Assembly (NCBI GenBank): GCA_028534125.1
Contig: CM052817.1
Span: 36,644,001 to 36,708,000, forward strand
From: Lama glama
Taxonomy: Eukaryota
Direction of reading: 5' to 3'
DNA length: 64,000 bases
A program made the position numbers and the translations under genes. Every line of letters begins with the position of its first letter. The first letter of the stretch is position 1. Positions 45,001-58,222 of the stretch are shown piece by piece. Under the pieces are notes generated by a model, which was given only the letters and a program-made list of their open reading frames with translations, was not told where the DNA came from and did no database searches.

Positions 45001-45902
45001 ACAGGTCCAAATTTGAGAAATGTCCTACTTCTGAAGCCTAGCTGGTCCTGATTTCAGAACGGCGTATAGACCCGAATCCATACAGGCTTTGAAGTCATTG
45101 TGAATAGGCTGACCAAATTCTCACTGCATTCATTTCACAGAAGAATCCTGTTGTGCTCAGACACATGTGGGCATTGTTTAGGAAGAAGAATACAATCCTT
45201 CCTAGTATTTGAGTTTCAGGGACACCCTCAGAAAGGGGAGTGACTTCCTCCTACTATTGGTCCATTTCCCATAGAACAGTCAGCTGCTACCTTATATACG
45301 ACATTGACTCCTGAATCTCAAAGTCTTAGGCAGCCCTCTCCGGGATGGCAGACAAGTATGTCCTACAGCTAATGGTCAGTTCCATGAGCGTATTCCACAG
45401 ACAACTCACACTCACGTGCCCCAAACTGAGATTCTTTTCCTTTCTTTCTCTGGAAACCTACTTGCCTGTTTGAGTTAATGGTACCAAGCCAGAAATACGA
45501 GTTTCATCCTAGAACAGGCCCTTTTAGTAACCTTCCCATGGAGTCGGTCCACAGTGTTGGTGGTTTTTCTCTTTAATCCAGCTTTCTTCCACTCCAGCTT
45601 ACATGCCTTCTTTGCAGCCTTCGTCACTCTCCCCCCTTGGTCAGCCTTCTCCTAACTTATTCTCCCAGCAACCAGCTCTACCCACCTCACCCCATTCTCT
45701 ACATTCTTGCTAGAATCATCAGATTGACATGTGATCAGAACAACCCCATGCTTGAAGCCCTCACCGATACTGTCTACAGGAAAAAGTGCAAGTGAGCTAC
45801 AGGCTTGCTTGGTCTTACTCCTGCTACTTTTCCCTCCTCAAATCCCACCCCACTCCATCCTTCTAAATATAACTCAAGCTTCACTTCCTCTAACCTCCCC
45901 TG

Positions 45903-46275
45903 ATAATAGCCAAAAGGTAGAAACAACCCAAGTGTTCATCAACTGATGAATGGATAAACAAAATGTGGTATATACATACAATGGAATACTATTCAGTTAT
46001 CAAAAGGAATGAAGTTCGGCTACACGCTACAACACTGATAAACCTTGGAAATATTATGCTAAGTGAAATAAGCCAGACATGAAAGGACAAATAATGTGTG
46101 ATTCCACTAACATGAAGTACCTAGAATAGGAAAATTCATAGAAACACAAGCAGAATAGAGGTTGTGGGAGGGAGTAGAGGGGACATGGGGAGTTATTATT
46201 CAATGGTTAGAGTTTCTATTTGAAATGATGAAAAAGTTCTGGACATGGACAGTGATGATACAACACAGTGAATGG
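45903..46275 (+). mobile_element. L1MB-like 3' fragment
   Basis: aatagccaaaaggtagaaacaacccaagtgttcatcaactgatgaatggataaacaaaatgtggta motif. Confidence 0.85.
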
Positions 46276-49197
46276 GAAAGGAGGTATCTATTTGTTATAG
46301 CAGCTTAGCCCACTCTGACCAATACAACTAGCAGTTTATGATATCTCCAGGAAAACAAACACAAACAATCAAGCATATATGTCTGAAATAACAAACAGAA
46401 AATGACTTTAACAAATTGATACATCCATAAAACACATTTAACTTTGGAAATTCAGAAAATTTGATAACTCATGTAGAGTGTCTAATTTTACCTCTGCACT
46501 AAAAAGAGTTTGTTAAAGAAAAAGTGAACAAAGTTGTTGGGTTGGGTTAAGTTTGGAGCAGTCTTTCAGTCTTCCAGCCATCCTTTGCTGCCTGTGGTCC
46601 ACGCTTTCATCACCCCTTCACTGGCTGCCTCCTACCTGGTCCTCCTGTCTCCTCTTCTCCCTCTGCAAGCTCTTCTGCATAGCACACTGCCCGACTCATA
46701 TTCCCTTTCAGTATATTCTGCGCCTGCTCGAGAACTTTCAACTGCTTCCTAATACTGAGGGATAAATTCTTAATTCCTTGGTTAGACGCAATGCTTCCCA
46801 TAACCAGGCCTCAAACATTTCTTCTTTGTTATCTTACTCTCCTAAGAAGATAGATCTATTTAGTGTCCAAGGAGAAAAATAATCATTTATTGTCCAACTT
46901 GGATTCATGTCATTACACAACAACAGAGTATGCTGAAGCTAGAAGGGATCTTGAAGAGTAGGCTCAACTCTTCCGTTTTGTAATTGGGGAACAGAGGCCA
47001 GGAGGCTTGAGGGAGTTAAATACAGTCACAAGGTTGGAAGACCTCCAGGGAAGCTCTTGACTACTCCAAACTTGAGTAATCTCTCCCACCTTTAGAAATT
47101 CCATGTCACTCTCTCTTCTGATCCTGGGCACTACTTACATAAGGCATATAAGATTTTTATCATTGGTATACCAAGAGGGAAAAAAAAATCACAATTCATC
47201 CTCAATTATTCATTTTACTTTTCTGGGTTTTCTGTCCATAGGGAAATGATGATGTGCTATTTTAGTTTTGTTTTTGTTTTTGTTCTTGTTTTGGCAGCAC
47301 CTAGCACAGTCTATTTTCACAGTAGGTGCTAGCTATTTAACAAATGTTACTTATTTAATAAATGACAACAATATCAATTGTATTTCTTCATAAAATGAAA
47401 TGCATTCTAAAATTTTCTATAAAAAAGATTTTCATGCATCAGTTGTCCTAGTAATTAGACCATTGATAAGGTCTGACTGGTTTTACTACTAGCTTATTCA
47501 TTGTACATTTTCTGAAATTTTTCCTTAAAAGAAATAAATGTATTTATACACTCATATATTTCATTTCATTATATTCCATTATTGAGTTTATTCAAAGAAC
47601 ATTAAATGTGTTATCAAATATTTAAACTGAGTTAAACGGATCACGACTTACTATTATTTATTAACTTAAAAGAAACTTCTTTCTCGCTTGAGTGACTATA
47701 TTAAAAAGCACAATTAAAACAATGTACAATAATTTATCATTTATTTGAATATAGTTTTGAGCTTTAAAAGATTAGTTTCTTTTTTTACTAATTTATTCAC
47801 ACAGGTTATTCAGAGAGGATCTTTTGTTCCCCACCATGCTCTGAGCCAAATTAACTAGCATAAGCACTTGTGTAAAAGTTTACCAAAATATACTCTTTTA
47901 GAATCTATGATATAATTTATATTTATGAAGCACTCACAACATGGCAGAGACTTGCTACTCATTTTATGTCTCATCTCATTTAATTCTCACAAGTCAAGAA
48001 CTAAGTATTATGATTATCTCTTTTTAAATAAAATTTTAAAAAATTGGGGATCAGAGAGGTTAAGCAGTTTGCTTAAGGTCACACAGCCAACATGTTACAG
48101 AACTGGGATTTGGATATAGGCCTGACTTGGTGTTAATTACATTGCTATAAAAACACCTGGATAGTTTTTTTGTGCAAGATCTTCAAAACTGACAGGAAGA
48201 CAAGGGAAGGGAAAATTTCAAAAGAACTGAATGGAAAACTCTTGAAAGTGGAGATTAAAGTAATTTGGACAGTAAGAGCAAATGCAACTCTTTTCCAAGG
48301 ATGCCTTTGACAAAACTTTGCAAAAACAGGATTCTGTCTGCTCTTGGAAAATCTGTGTCTTCTTAACAGGCACTGGTAAATTTGCAAATTCCTTTCCTGC
48401 CTTTTAGAGAGTTGGGTGCACTGAACTCTGACACATTTACACACAGCTGGTATCTGGTGACATCACTGTTTCATTGCAATTTCAAAGAACATTAAATTAG
48501 TTATTTTAAAACATACTTCCAAGTTTTAAAACAATGTAACATTCTCTTTGCAACTGTTTTAGAAAAATGCCTAGAATTAGAACAAGCCAAACAACTGTTT
48601 TCCTAGCCATTGCTTTATTCTATTCGTGGTGTTCTGGACACCTCCCTCTCCCCAAAACAACCACACACATCACCAAAACAACATCAGTGAGTACCCAATG
48701 ACACTCCTACTAGGAAACTGTACTGCCCTTTAGAACGGGATAAGGGCAATAGGGCAGTCAGGCCACTGGAAGACCATGGGTACCAGCATAGAATTTTCGT
48801 TTTAATTCAGTGAATTAGCAAATATGCAGCTGCAACCACCATCAGTTGTAATTAGAGTATTCTCTTTTTACCCTACAAGAAAAAAAATCTCCAGATGTAC
48901 CCCTTCACTCTAATACGGCTTTCACTAATTTCCGAAGGTAAAAATAAGATGACATATCTTTTTTTTAGAAGAAGAGAGTATTCAATAAATTTGCACCAAC
49001 AAGGGCGCGGTGGAATTCCGCAATGGGTACCGGAAATAGAGCAGAATTAGCAGAGGTGAGGAAGGCGCTTCCAAGGGACGCGGAGACGCAAAGGGGATGC
49101 GAGGTGGAGCCCGGGAAAGCTGCCCTCAGCGGGCGATGGCTCCGGCGCTGCCCGCAGTTCTGGTTTATGCATCAGCCGCCACGGGTCACGCTCTTAC

Positions 49198-49798
49198 CTC
49201 GCAGCCCGCGAACCAGCCTCTCGGCCCAGGCCACTCGGGGTGGCTGCCCGTCCAGGGGGAGGTGGCGATGCAGCGGGTCCCCGCCGCCGGCCGGGCTGGG
49301 GCTCGGCGGGCCCTGGTCCTCTTGGCGGCGCCGCCGCCCGCTCGGATGGCCGGCGCCGTGGTAGCCCCCCAGCCCTCGGCCCCGGGCGCCCGCCGAGCTC
49401 ACGGCCGAGGAGGCGGCCGACCTCCTGCTGCCCGGGCGCCACTCCACGTCCATCTCCACCACCATTCCCCCTTCTTCTCCCTCCACCTCCTCTTCCTCCT
49501 CCTCCTCCTCGGCCTCGAAGCCTGGGTTGTCGCGGCTCCACGCTTGCCGCGAGCACGACGAGAGCGGAGGGGACGGGGAGGCTGAGGCTCCTGCAGGGGG
49601 GTCCCGCGCGGCCGCCTGCCGGATGCGCTCCATCTCGATCTCCAGGCCCCTGTGCTCGCGGAGGCCGCCCGGAGCGGCGAGGCCGGCGCCCGCGGCCCCG
49701 CCGCCAGCCATCAGCCGGCCCGGGCCCGCGGCTCGGGGCGCTGGCGGCCGCTTTGTGTCCCCGGGCTGCTGCGGCTGCACCCGGCTCGAGTTCACCAT
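49198..49798 (-). CDS. PKD2: PKD2 exon 1 [16 protein letters not shown]...[11 protein letters not shown](G); includes the RVxP ciliary targeting motif and a poly-Glu tract
   Basis: ATG at 49798 (gcgATGG), |gtaaga donor, 601 nt, phase 1 matching exon 2; canonical polycystin-2 N-terminus. Confidence 0.98.
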
Positions 49799-49803
49799 CG
49801 CGG

Positions 49804-49866
49804 TCACTGGCGCCCGGCGCGCCCTCGCCCGGTGCCGCGCTCGGCGCTGCCCGCCGCAGGAGCCAT
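49804..49866 (-). other. PKD2 5'UTR upstream ORF, 20 aa ([20 protein letters not shown])
   Basis: aacATGG strong Kozak context; TGA ends 5 nt before the main ATG. Confidence 0.8.
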
Positions 49867-50695
49867 GTTCTTTTCTTCCCGGGGCCCGCCGCCTCCTGCT
49901 CCCCGCCCCCGACCTCCCCCCAGCCCCGCGTCCCTCGCCCGCCCCCTCGGCCCGCCTCCCCGTGGCCTCGCCTCGCCCAGCGCTGCCGCGCGCTGCAGGG
50001 TAGGCGCGAGGAAACCGCCCCCGCGCCGGCGCGCTCGGCGAGCTGCGCCCAGGCCCGCGTTCCAAGTGTGGCCGGAGTCCGGGGGCGGGCGCCCACATTC
50101 CATTCGGGTGGAAGGGCTCGGGCGGGGAGGGAGTCGCTGACCCCCCCGCCCGCCCGCCTGCGGGGAATGAGCTTCTGGAGCTGTCACTGCCTCCGCGACC
50201 CTGAAATCACGCTTGGGTCCCCGTTAACCGCCAGCCACTTCTGCCACGATTTACCAAAGTGCAGGGATGGTGTGAACAGGAGAAATCCAGGCTGAGCGGG
50301 TCCACAGCAGGGGCAAAGAAATCTTCCCTTCATTTGAAAACTACCAACAAAACTACTAACCCTGACTTACCTGGCCTTGGGTGGCCTTCTTGGCCCTGAT
50401 TCTGCTGCTTTTCTAATGGTTTCTTCAATCGTTGGTTGGCTCCCCTCTCCACACATTGTGAGGACCCCAAGGATTCGAACGTGGGGCTCTCAAATCGCTG
50501 GGGCTCCACATGAGCTCCGCTGCTCCTTTCCCAGCACCCCTCATCTGCCGAAGCCAGGACTGACCCGTGAGTAACGGAATCCTACATCACGCCCCAGGTC
50601 CAGAACTTTATTCCCACTCTACGGAGCACATACTGCTCATGCTCTGGAATTGTCCAAAACGTCACCCATCCCGAACTAAATTTGTTGTCTTCTCC

Positions 50696-50724
50696 CTTCT
50701 TCTTCTTCTTCTTCTTCTTCTTCT
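50696..50724. repeat. (CTT)n microsatellite
   Basis: About 9 perfect units. Confidence 0.9.
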
Positions 50725-51169
50725 CCTTTGTTTATTTAAGCCTGCTTCACCTCTTGAATCCTCAGCTGAGATGTGAGGCATCCTCACTCCCCAAGCTACA
50801 CTTCATTATGGTAGCCTCACCTGTCTACTCTTCTCCTGCCATACTTCATTTTCCCCCAATTGTGTTACTTGTGCCCCACAAAGGCCTCTCTGATGGGCCC
50901 CCCTGTTACTCATTCCCTTTGTCAGTGGTTTAGGCCAGGGCCCCTATGGCTGTTTTATTCTGCACTGGAACGATGGATCTGTCAATTCCACCTTCATTCT
51001 CCACCTCAGGGTCCCCACTGTTTCTAAATTATATTACAGAACCAAACCTTCACATGTCACATTGACGCTAGACACCTGTGGAGGTTTTTGACAGCTTAAA
51101 GGATAAAATTTTATTTCTGTAGTTTGGTTTTGTAAATTTCCATATATATATATGGAATTTTTTTTTTTT

Positions 51170-51790
51170 TTGCTAGGGCTGTCATCACAAACTACCACAG
51201 ACTGGGTGTCTCAAATGACAGACATTTATTTTCTCACAATTCTAGAGGCTGAAAGTCTAAGATCAAGGTGTTGGCAGGACTGGTTTCTTCTGAGGTCTCT
51301 CTCTTTGGCTTGTAAGTGGCCATGTTCTCCCTGTGTCTTCACTGGTCTTCCCTCTGTGTGTTGTCTGTGTCCCAATTTCATTTTCTTATGAGAACACCAG
51401 TCAGATTGGACTAGGGCCCACTCTAATGATTTCATGTTAACTTAATTACCTTTTAAAAGACCCAATCTCTTATAGAGAACAAACTAGTGGTTACCAGTAG
51501 GGAGGGGCAATATAGAGGTGGGGGAGTGAGAGGTACAAACTTCTGGGTGTAAGATAGGCCATAAGGATATAGTTGCAACATGGGAAATATAGCCAATATT
51601 TTGTAATAACTGTAAATGGACTATAACCTTTAAAATTGTTTTTTTTTTTAAAGACACTGTCTCCAAATATAGTCACACTGTGAGGTACTAGCACATTCTG
51701 GTGCTAGGTGGCAGAAGGGGGAGGGAGGTGGTGGTTGGACTTCACCTCAACGTATGAATTTTTGAGGCAGACACAAGTCAGCCCGTAACA
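51170..51790 (-). mobile_element. MLT1A-like LTR interrupted by an opposite-strand L1 3' fragment (about 51470-51645)
   Basis: agggctgtcatcacaaactaccacagactgggt...gcccgtaaca MLT1 ends; insert flanked by imperfect repeats ttttaaaagacccaatctc / ttttaaagacactgtctc. Confidence 0.8.
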
Positions 51791-52639
51791 GCTCCTAGTC
51801 TACTTTTCTAGCATGGTTTCCCACCCTGTACGTCTACCTGCAGCACCCTTTGCTGGTCCCCTATGCACTTATAACACGATGTTTGTACTTAGGTGATCAT
51901 GGCCACCTATCACCGGATCCTGCAGTTTGTCTATTCAGGTATCTGTGTCCTTAACTTAACTGAGCTTCTCAAGGGCAGGGCTGGTGGGTCTGGAGCACAG
52001 GCCTGGTTCATGCCATCTTTCAATTCCTTCTGAAGACATTTCCTGTGCACTGAATTAGGAGCGGGGCATGTAGAGCAGAGGATGACACAGCCCCTGACCT
52101 CAAGAGGAGACAGACAAATAAACCAGAAATAACTGTCCTAGGTTGTGATGTCTGTCCTCTGAGGAGCCTCTAAAGATGCCAATGCCCCAGACAGAACACT
52201 ACCAGATTGCACAGTCAAAGGATACCCAACAGATACATGGCCAGAGGAAAGCCAGACCTGAAGAAAGAGTGCAGAATGTCAGCCAAAGGGTCAACAGGTC
52301 TAGTGTGGTATTTTCAAAATGTGACAATCAACATCACACTTGATGTGGCACTTGTTCAAGATACAGATTCCATGTCCCCACTTCAACCTTATTGATTCAG
52401 AATCTCCAAGATTTCAGGCCTGAAATTCTGAATCTTCTCTGAGGATTCTGGAGCATCCTAAGTTTGAGAAACACCAAGATGTTCTAAATGGATGGGGTTT
52501 CATGAAACGTTTCCCCCATTTCCCTGCTGCTTCATTATCACCAGTGGTGCCATCATCAAACCCAGGCCGAGAAGAAACTTCAGTGGTCCTTGAGTCAGGC
52601 TGACTCTGTCTTGTGCCTGCCCAGTGCTAATTCTGAATC

Positions 52640-52830
52640 ACGAATTCAGTTCCTACTCTACCACTTCCTAGCTGTGTGACCTCCGGCAAGTGGCTTGACC
52701 TCCTCATGCCTGGAAAAGTGGAAAAAATAGTGTCTACCTCATAGGGTTGTTATGAAGATTAGGTGAATTAATACATGTAAGGCATACATAACACTGCCTG
52801 GCACGTGGTAAATGCTCAAGTGTTAGCATA
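52640..52830 (+). mobile_element. MIR SINE
   Basis: ctagctgtgtgacctccggcaagt...tacctcatagggttgttatgaagatt...gcctggcacgtggtaaatgctcaa. Confidence 0.8.
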
Positions 52831-55800
52831 TTAGCTCATATTCTTACCGTTGATTGACATTTTCATCTATTATAATTGCATATTTGGAAATCTTTGTCCT
52901 AACCAGACTATGTGCTTCTTGAGGACGAACTCTCCATGCAGGACAGGAGATCACATAACAAATACTTATTGAGCACCTACTATGTGCCAGGCACAACACC
53001 AGGAGAGAGTGCAAGCAGACAGGTGAAATGCCTCGCCCTTAAAGAGCTTGCATTCCCTGTAGGTTTGTTGGGGGAATGAATGAATCTAGTCAGGTGCAGT
53101 CATTTTAAGGCACACAGCTAGATCATTGACGATGGGGTGTGGGGGTCCTAATTCTTCGTGTAGTGCTCTTTTTAACTTTTGAACACCACCACTTCTACTC
53201 TGGGATCTTTGGGCCTTTGGAATAGCTTATGCCGACATGACTCTATTATAGTCACAGAAAATGTTGTTTTCCGTTTTGTAATATTTGTTCCCCAAGGATG
53301 TTTTGATTTTTCCAGAGTTCAAGGTTTAGAAGAAGACAGTAGATGTTTGCTTATTCATTTCTTGTTTGTTCTTACTATTTTCTGCTAGTAGGCCTAGAAT
53401 CCAGAGACCTAAAGAGGAGATGAGTGAATCGAAAAACAATATTAAGAAATAATAAAATAAACTAATTCCATTGTTATCTAAGTGTTGGGTTGAAATTCTG
53501 TGCATTTGCTGTGCATTGTAAGTAACGTTATTATTTTGGTCAGAATATACAAAACAAAATACTGTTTGGACAGATCATTCAGGGAGTTATAATCTTCTTG
53601 GAGAAATACTTACCTTGAGTCTAAATAACCATAGGTGGGAGAATATAATTTAGTATCAAGTCAGTAGTGAAAGCTTTCAACATGGGAGGAATTGAGAGGA
53701 GCAACTACCCAGGCTGGCGTGGGAGGAGAAGGTAGACAACCCAGATCATGGAAAGCCTCAGATGCACGGAATACAGACTGCATTCTGTAATTAGGAATTA
53801 CAATATGTACCTCTTTTTTGTTTACAGTGTCAATTATTTAAAACAAAACCTGAAATATTCTTTCTAATTTGTCCCCTCAAAGAATACAGGTTGACAGAAA
53901 ATGTGTCCATACATACATAAGTCAGAATTAGATGTGTGCTTACCTGAAAGTTTAATCACAAATCATTGAAAGAAATGTGATTTTTCAAAAGGCACATCAA
54001 TATTAGTGTAATGTAACTTGGATAGCATTTGATCCATAGTATCTTTAAATCTTACATTCCAGGCATTTCACTACTAATTTCAGGCTTAGTCTTCATAAAC
54101 CTCTACCAGCCATCCAATATTTCCTGCTGAAATACTTATTCATTCTTTCTGGCTTATCAGTGTTCTCTTTCCTGCTTTTAGCCTGACATGGTTTTCCCCT
54201 CTAGAGCTCCTAGCTTTTGCTCAAGGAAACCCTGAGGCTGTAAATTTCACTCCCTACCCACAAAATTCCTTCCTTCAGTACCCATCTTAAAACCCGATTT
54301 CTCATAAGACATTCTCTTATCAAATAAGTGAGATACATATTTTCCTATTTTCCTATTTTCCTTCGTCTGGTTGCTACATCCTATTGCCATATGACAGATT
54401 TCAGGAATCTATAGGGCCTGAAATACGGTGTGGGGTAGATAGCATAGCCCGGACACTATCTGGTTTTATGTCATCTGTGTACGGTAGGTTCTTCTGGGGA
54501 CATGCTGTAAAACCTTACCTCCGAGTGACAGTGCCATTTAAAAGGCCACTTTAAAAACAGTCTAGTCTAATTTAATCCTTCACAGTCGCCACACCTCTGA
54601 CTTCTGTATTATTAGAATTGCCTGTTTGTTTCCCGTCTTGCTTTTATTTTCCAGTGTGAGCCGATGAAACAGACACAAGCTGAAGTACTCGTTGTTCCCA
54701 CAGATTCCACCTTCAAGAGGAAATCCAAAAGGAGTCTCTGGCATGTGTGGTGTTGCTTAGCAACCCACCCAAACAAACATATTTCCCTCTCAGTTTTTTT
54801 TCTCAGTCCTTATTTATTCAAGAACATTGTAAGATAAATTTTTATCATTTGACATCTGAAACTGTTAGAAGAAAATTTGGTGTTTAGGGCTTTATAAGAA
54901 CAACTAACCATACTAAAACGTTTACTTTATTTCTCACTTTACTGCTCTGATGACGCAAGGCTAGGATTTGTGGTATTCTTCTTCATGTCTGGAGTTTGGT
55001 TTGGATATGTCCCTGCCTCTGTGGGAGTTATCTTGGCACTACTGTTAGTTGGCACTGTGATTTTGATGACCTAATCTCTCTCTCTCTCTCTCAGTTTCCT
55101 TCTCTGAATAATGAGGTTAAATACCAATCTTACAAATTCCAGCAGAACTTTTTTGAAGCCATAATGAGAGACTATTAATAAATTCATTGACCATTTATGG
55201 AGTATCCACTAGATGCCAGGCGCCATGTTGAATTCTGGGGAGGCAAAGGTAAGACATGGTTCCTAGCTTTAAGGGGATCAAGTCTTATAAGTCAAGGATG
55301 CCAGTTATACCTAAAACTAATAAAATGTTTTAAATCAACTATACCTCAAAAAGAAACCCCACAAACAAAACAAAGAAGGATGCCTGGGAACATCTTTATG
55401 ACACCCCCAAGCCCTCTGCTACACTTTGTAAAGACTTATGAATCTTTCTAGACTCAGGCATTCTCTCCTACTGGAAACTTACTTAGCCAAAATTCCAGCT
55501 CCCTTCCTTGAATTTACTTGTCCCTCTACCCTGCAAACCTTTATCTCAACATTACCACCTTATATTGAAACTATCTGTTAACATAGTATAATCTTCTTGA
55601 GTAGGACTGTAAGCTCCTGGAGAGCAGAGACCCCATCTCGTTTGGTTTGTAGTTCAGCAGCCCAGTCGCTATTTCCCTTTCTTATTATAACAGAAGTCAA
55701 ATTTTCTTGAGGAACCACCCCCTCCTGTGCCGAGTCCATGAGTGCCTGAGATGTGGCCGACACCACCCCTGACCCCCACGTGGAAGGCGTGGACCTCAGG

Positions 55801-57104
55801 CTTGGCTGACTGGAGTATCATGTTCCCTTGGCATTTGTGAATGGTATTTAAGAACAGGCATGGAAGCTGGTTCTGTCCATTGGAAATCAGGACAGATTTT
55901 TTTTTTTCCAGTTGTTGGAAAAGAAAAGCTTTTCTTCCTACTAGATTTGGAGTTGTAAGGATGTAAGTCTAGACGAACTGGCAGCCAAAATGTTTATGCT
56001 AGGGGAAAAATGGAGCCAACAATATATATACATAAAATATGCATAATGTAAAGACTGGAAGAATACTGTAATTGAACTAGTGGTAATGTTTGGGTGGCCA
56101 TGCTGTTCAAGAACTTTGTGAGATGTATTTTTATAATTTGCCATATTCTGGTTTTGTCAGATGCAGTTATATGTCTTTACCCACATTCAAAAGAATTTTG
56201 AATAATATAGGGCCAAGAATAGAATTCTTTGGAATATTGTGTGAAGCTTTTCTCTTCACCAACTCAAAGTTATTCACTATTACCATTGGGTGTAGTTATG
56301 CAAACACTTTGAATACAATTCTACTTCACTAGCTCAGACTTCCAAAAGGTTATCAGAAGTTTTTCCAAAGCCTTTTGATACCAACACGGATGATGCTTAC
56401 AGTTTTCCCTGCTCTATCAGACTTTACAGAATACCTGCTTTATATCTTTCTAGTACATATTGAATATGATTAAGTTGCAGAAGTTGTCCTTACCTGCAAG
56501 ATGCTTGTAAATTAGCTTGCAAAGACAAGCTATACACAGATAAAACAACTACTCAGGGACTGCTGTCTGGCACTCATCTGGGAAGGTTTTTATTACTGTT
56601 GTTGTTGTTTTTGTTGTTGTTTAAGAATCTAGAGTCTAACTCCTAGGGATTCAGATTCATTGTGTATTAGGTGGGTCCTAAGAGTTGGAGAATGACCAAG
56701 TTCTGATGACATCATTTGAGCCCTGGAAATCAACACTAACTGAAGTTAGATCTACCCCTAGACTTCAATAACCAAGAATTTCTTTTTTGATTAATCTGTT
56801 TTAGGTTAAGGTTTCTGTTCCTTGCAATTGAAATAGTACTAACCAATAGATTTGAACAGAAGTGGATCATACAGTCTGGTAAGAGCTGTGTTAATGATAT
56901 GCATAAAATGCTATGTGAACACATGATTGGGCCGCCTCATCTGAGCCAAGTGGGCTAAAAAGAGCGTAGAGGCTGGCTTGGCTTCCCACTTGGCAAGGGT
57001 TAGGCGATTAGAGATTTGGGGGGATGCTGAACCCTACTTTTCTTTCTTAAATCACTAAATCACAACTTTGAAATCTTTGCTATAAATAATATTCTAAAAG
57101 CTCT

Positions 57105-57630
57105 TTTAAAAATGTCTCTTCATCCTCACAGTATTTCTTTCACAGCAGAAGTTCATAATTTTGTTAAAGTCCAATTTATGAATTTTTTCTACAGATTGTG
57201 CATTTGGTATCATATTTAAGAAATCTTTGTTTCACTCAAGGCCATGAACATTTTCTCCTATATTTTCTTCTAGAAGTTTTATAATTTCTGGTTTTACACT
57301 TCAGCGTATAATCCATTTTGAGATAATTTCTGTATGTGGTGTGAGGTGTGGATAGAGGGGTTTTATTTCTTTTTTGCCCATGGATATCCAGTTGTTCCAG
57401 CACTGTGAGTTGAAAAGACTATCCTTTCTGTATTGCATCATCTTTGCACCATTGTTGAAAATCAATTGACCGTACATGTGTGAGTTTCTTTTAATATATT
57501 TTTACTGAAGTACAATCAGTTTACAATATTGTGTCAGTTTCTGGTGTATGTGAGTTTATTTCTAGATGATCTGTTCTGTTCCTTTGGATTATGTGCTTAA
57601 GTAGTCCCTTCCTGCTTTGGTTACAGTAGC
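57105..57630 (-). mobile_element. L1M ORF2 fragment
   Basis: tggatatccagttgttccagcac...gaaaagactatcctttc L1 motif. Confidence 0.75.
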
Positions 57631-58084
57631 TTCCGCAAACTTTTCCTCATGTAAGATATTTTAAATTTGTAAATATATTGGTTTAATTTTATTTTGTGAC
57701 TCTTTCTGGTCCCATTCCCTGCTTTGGTCTGACCCATAAAGGGCTACTCATCAGCTTGTCATAGGGCATCTGTGAGCTACGGTGGGTTTCTGTCTGAATG
57801 ATACTTCAAAAGTATTTACAAATGTAAATTTTAATATCAATTGCCAATTTTTAAAATGAAGCAAGCAATTATTTTGTTAATTCATCAATTTTTTTCAGTA
57901 GCCTTTGACTCTTCTTCTGAAAGATAAAGATTAGTCAATGTATACTCTGCACCAATAAACACTTTTTAAAATTAATAATAACTTTTATGTAGCCAAAGTC
58001 TACAAGCTTTCATTTTTTCCCATGATAATAAATATAACATTGACTTTATATATTTAGATGTATTCAGTACTCATTACCAGTAGC

Positions 58085-58222
58085 TTTTTATTTATTTTTT
58101 ATTTATTCTTTAATTTTGTTGAGGGGAGGTAATTAGGTTTATTTGTTTATTTGTACTGGGAATTGAACCCAGGACCTTGTGCATGCTAGGCATGCACTCT
58201 ACCGTTGAGGTACACCCTCCTC
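58085..58222 (-). mobile_element. Vic-1-like SINE with 16-bp TSD
   Basis: taccagtagcttttta (58075-58090) / taccagcagcttttta (58223-58238) flank the SINE. Confidence 0.85.

Larger units (their letters stand above)
49060..50230. promoter_or_regulatory. CpG island / TATA-less PKD2 promoter with GC boxes
   Basis: Very high GC and CpG density; ccccgccccc (49901-49910) and other Sp1-type boxes upstream of the ATG. Confidence 0.92.

Noticed and set aside
49023..50295. Several long overlapping ORFs (113-351 aa) on both strands, and the N-terminal extension of ORF 49172-50098
   Set aside because: Expected from stop-codon scarcity in a CpG island; only the frame starting MVNSS at 49798 matches a known protein
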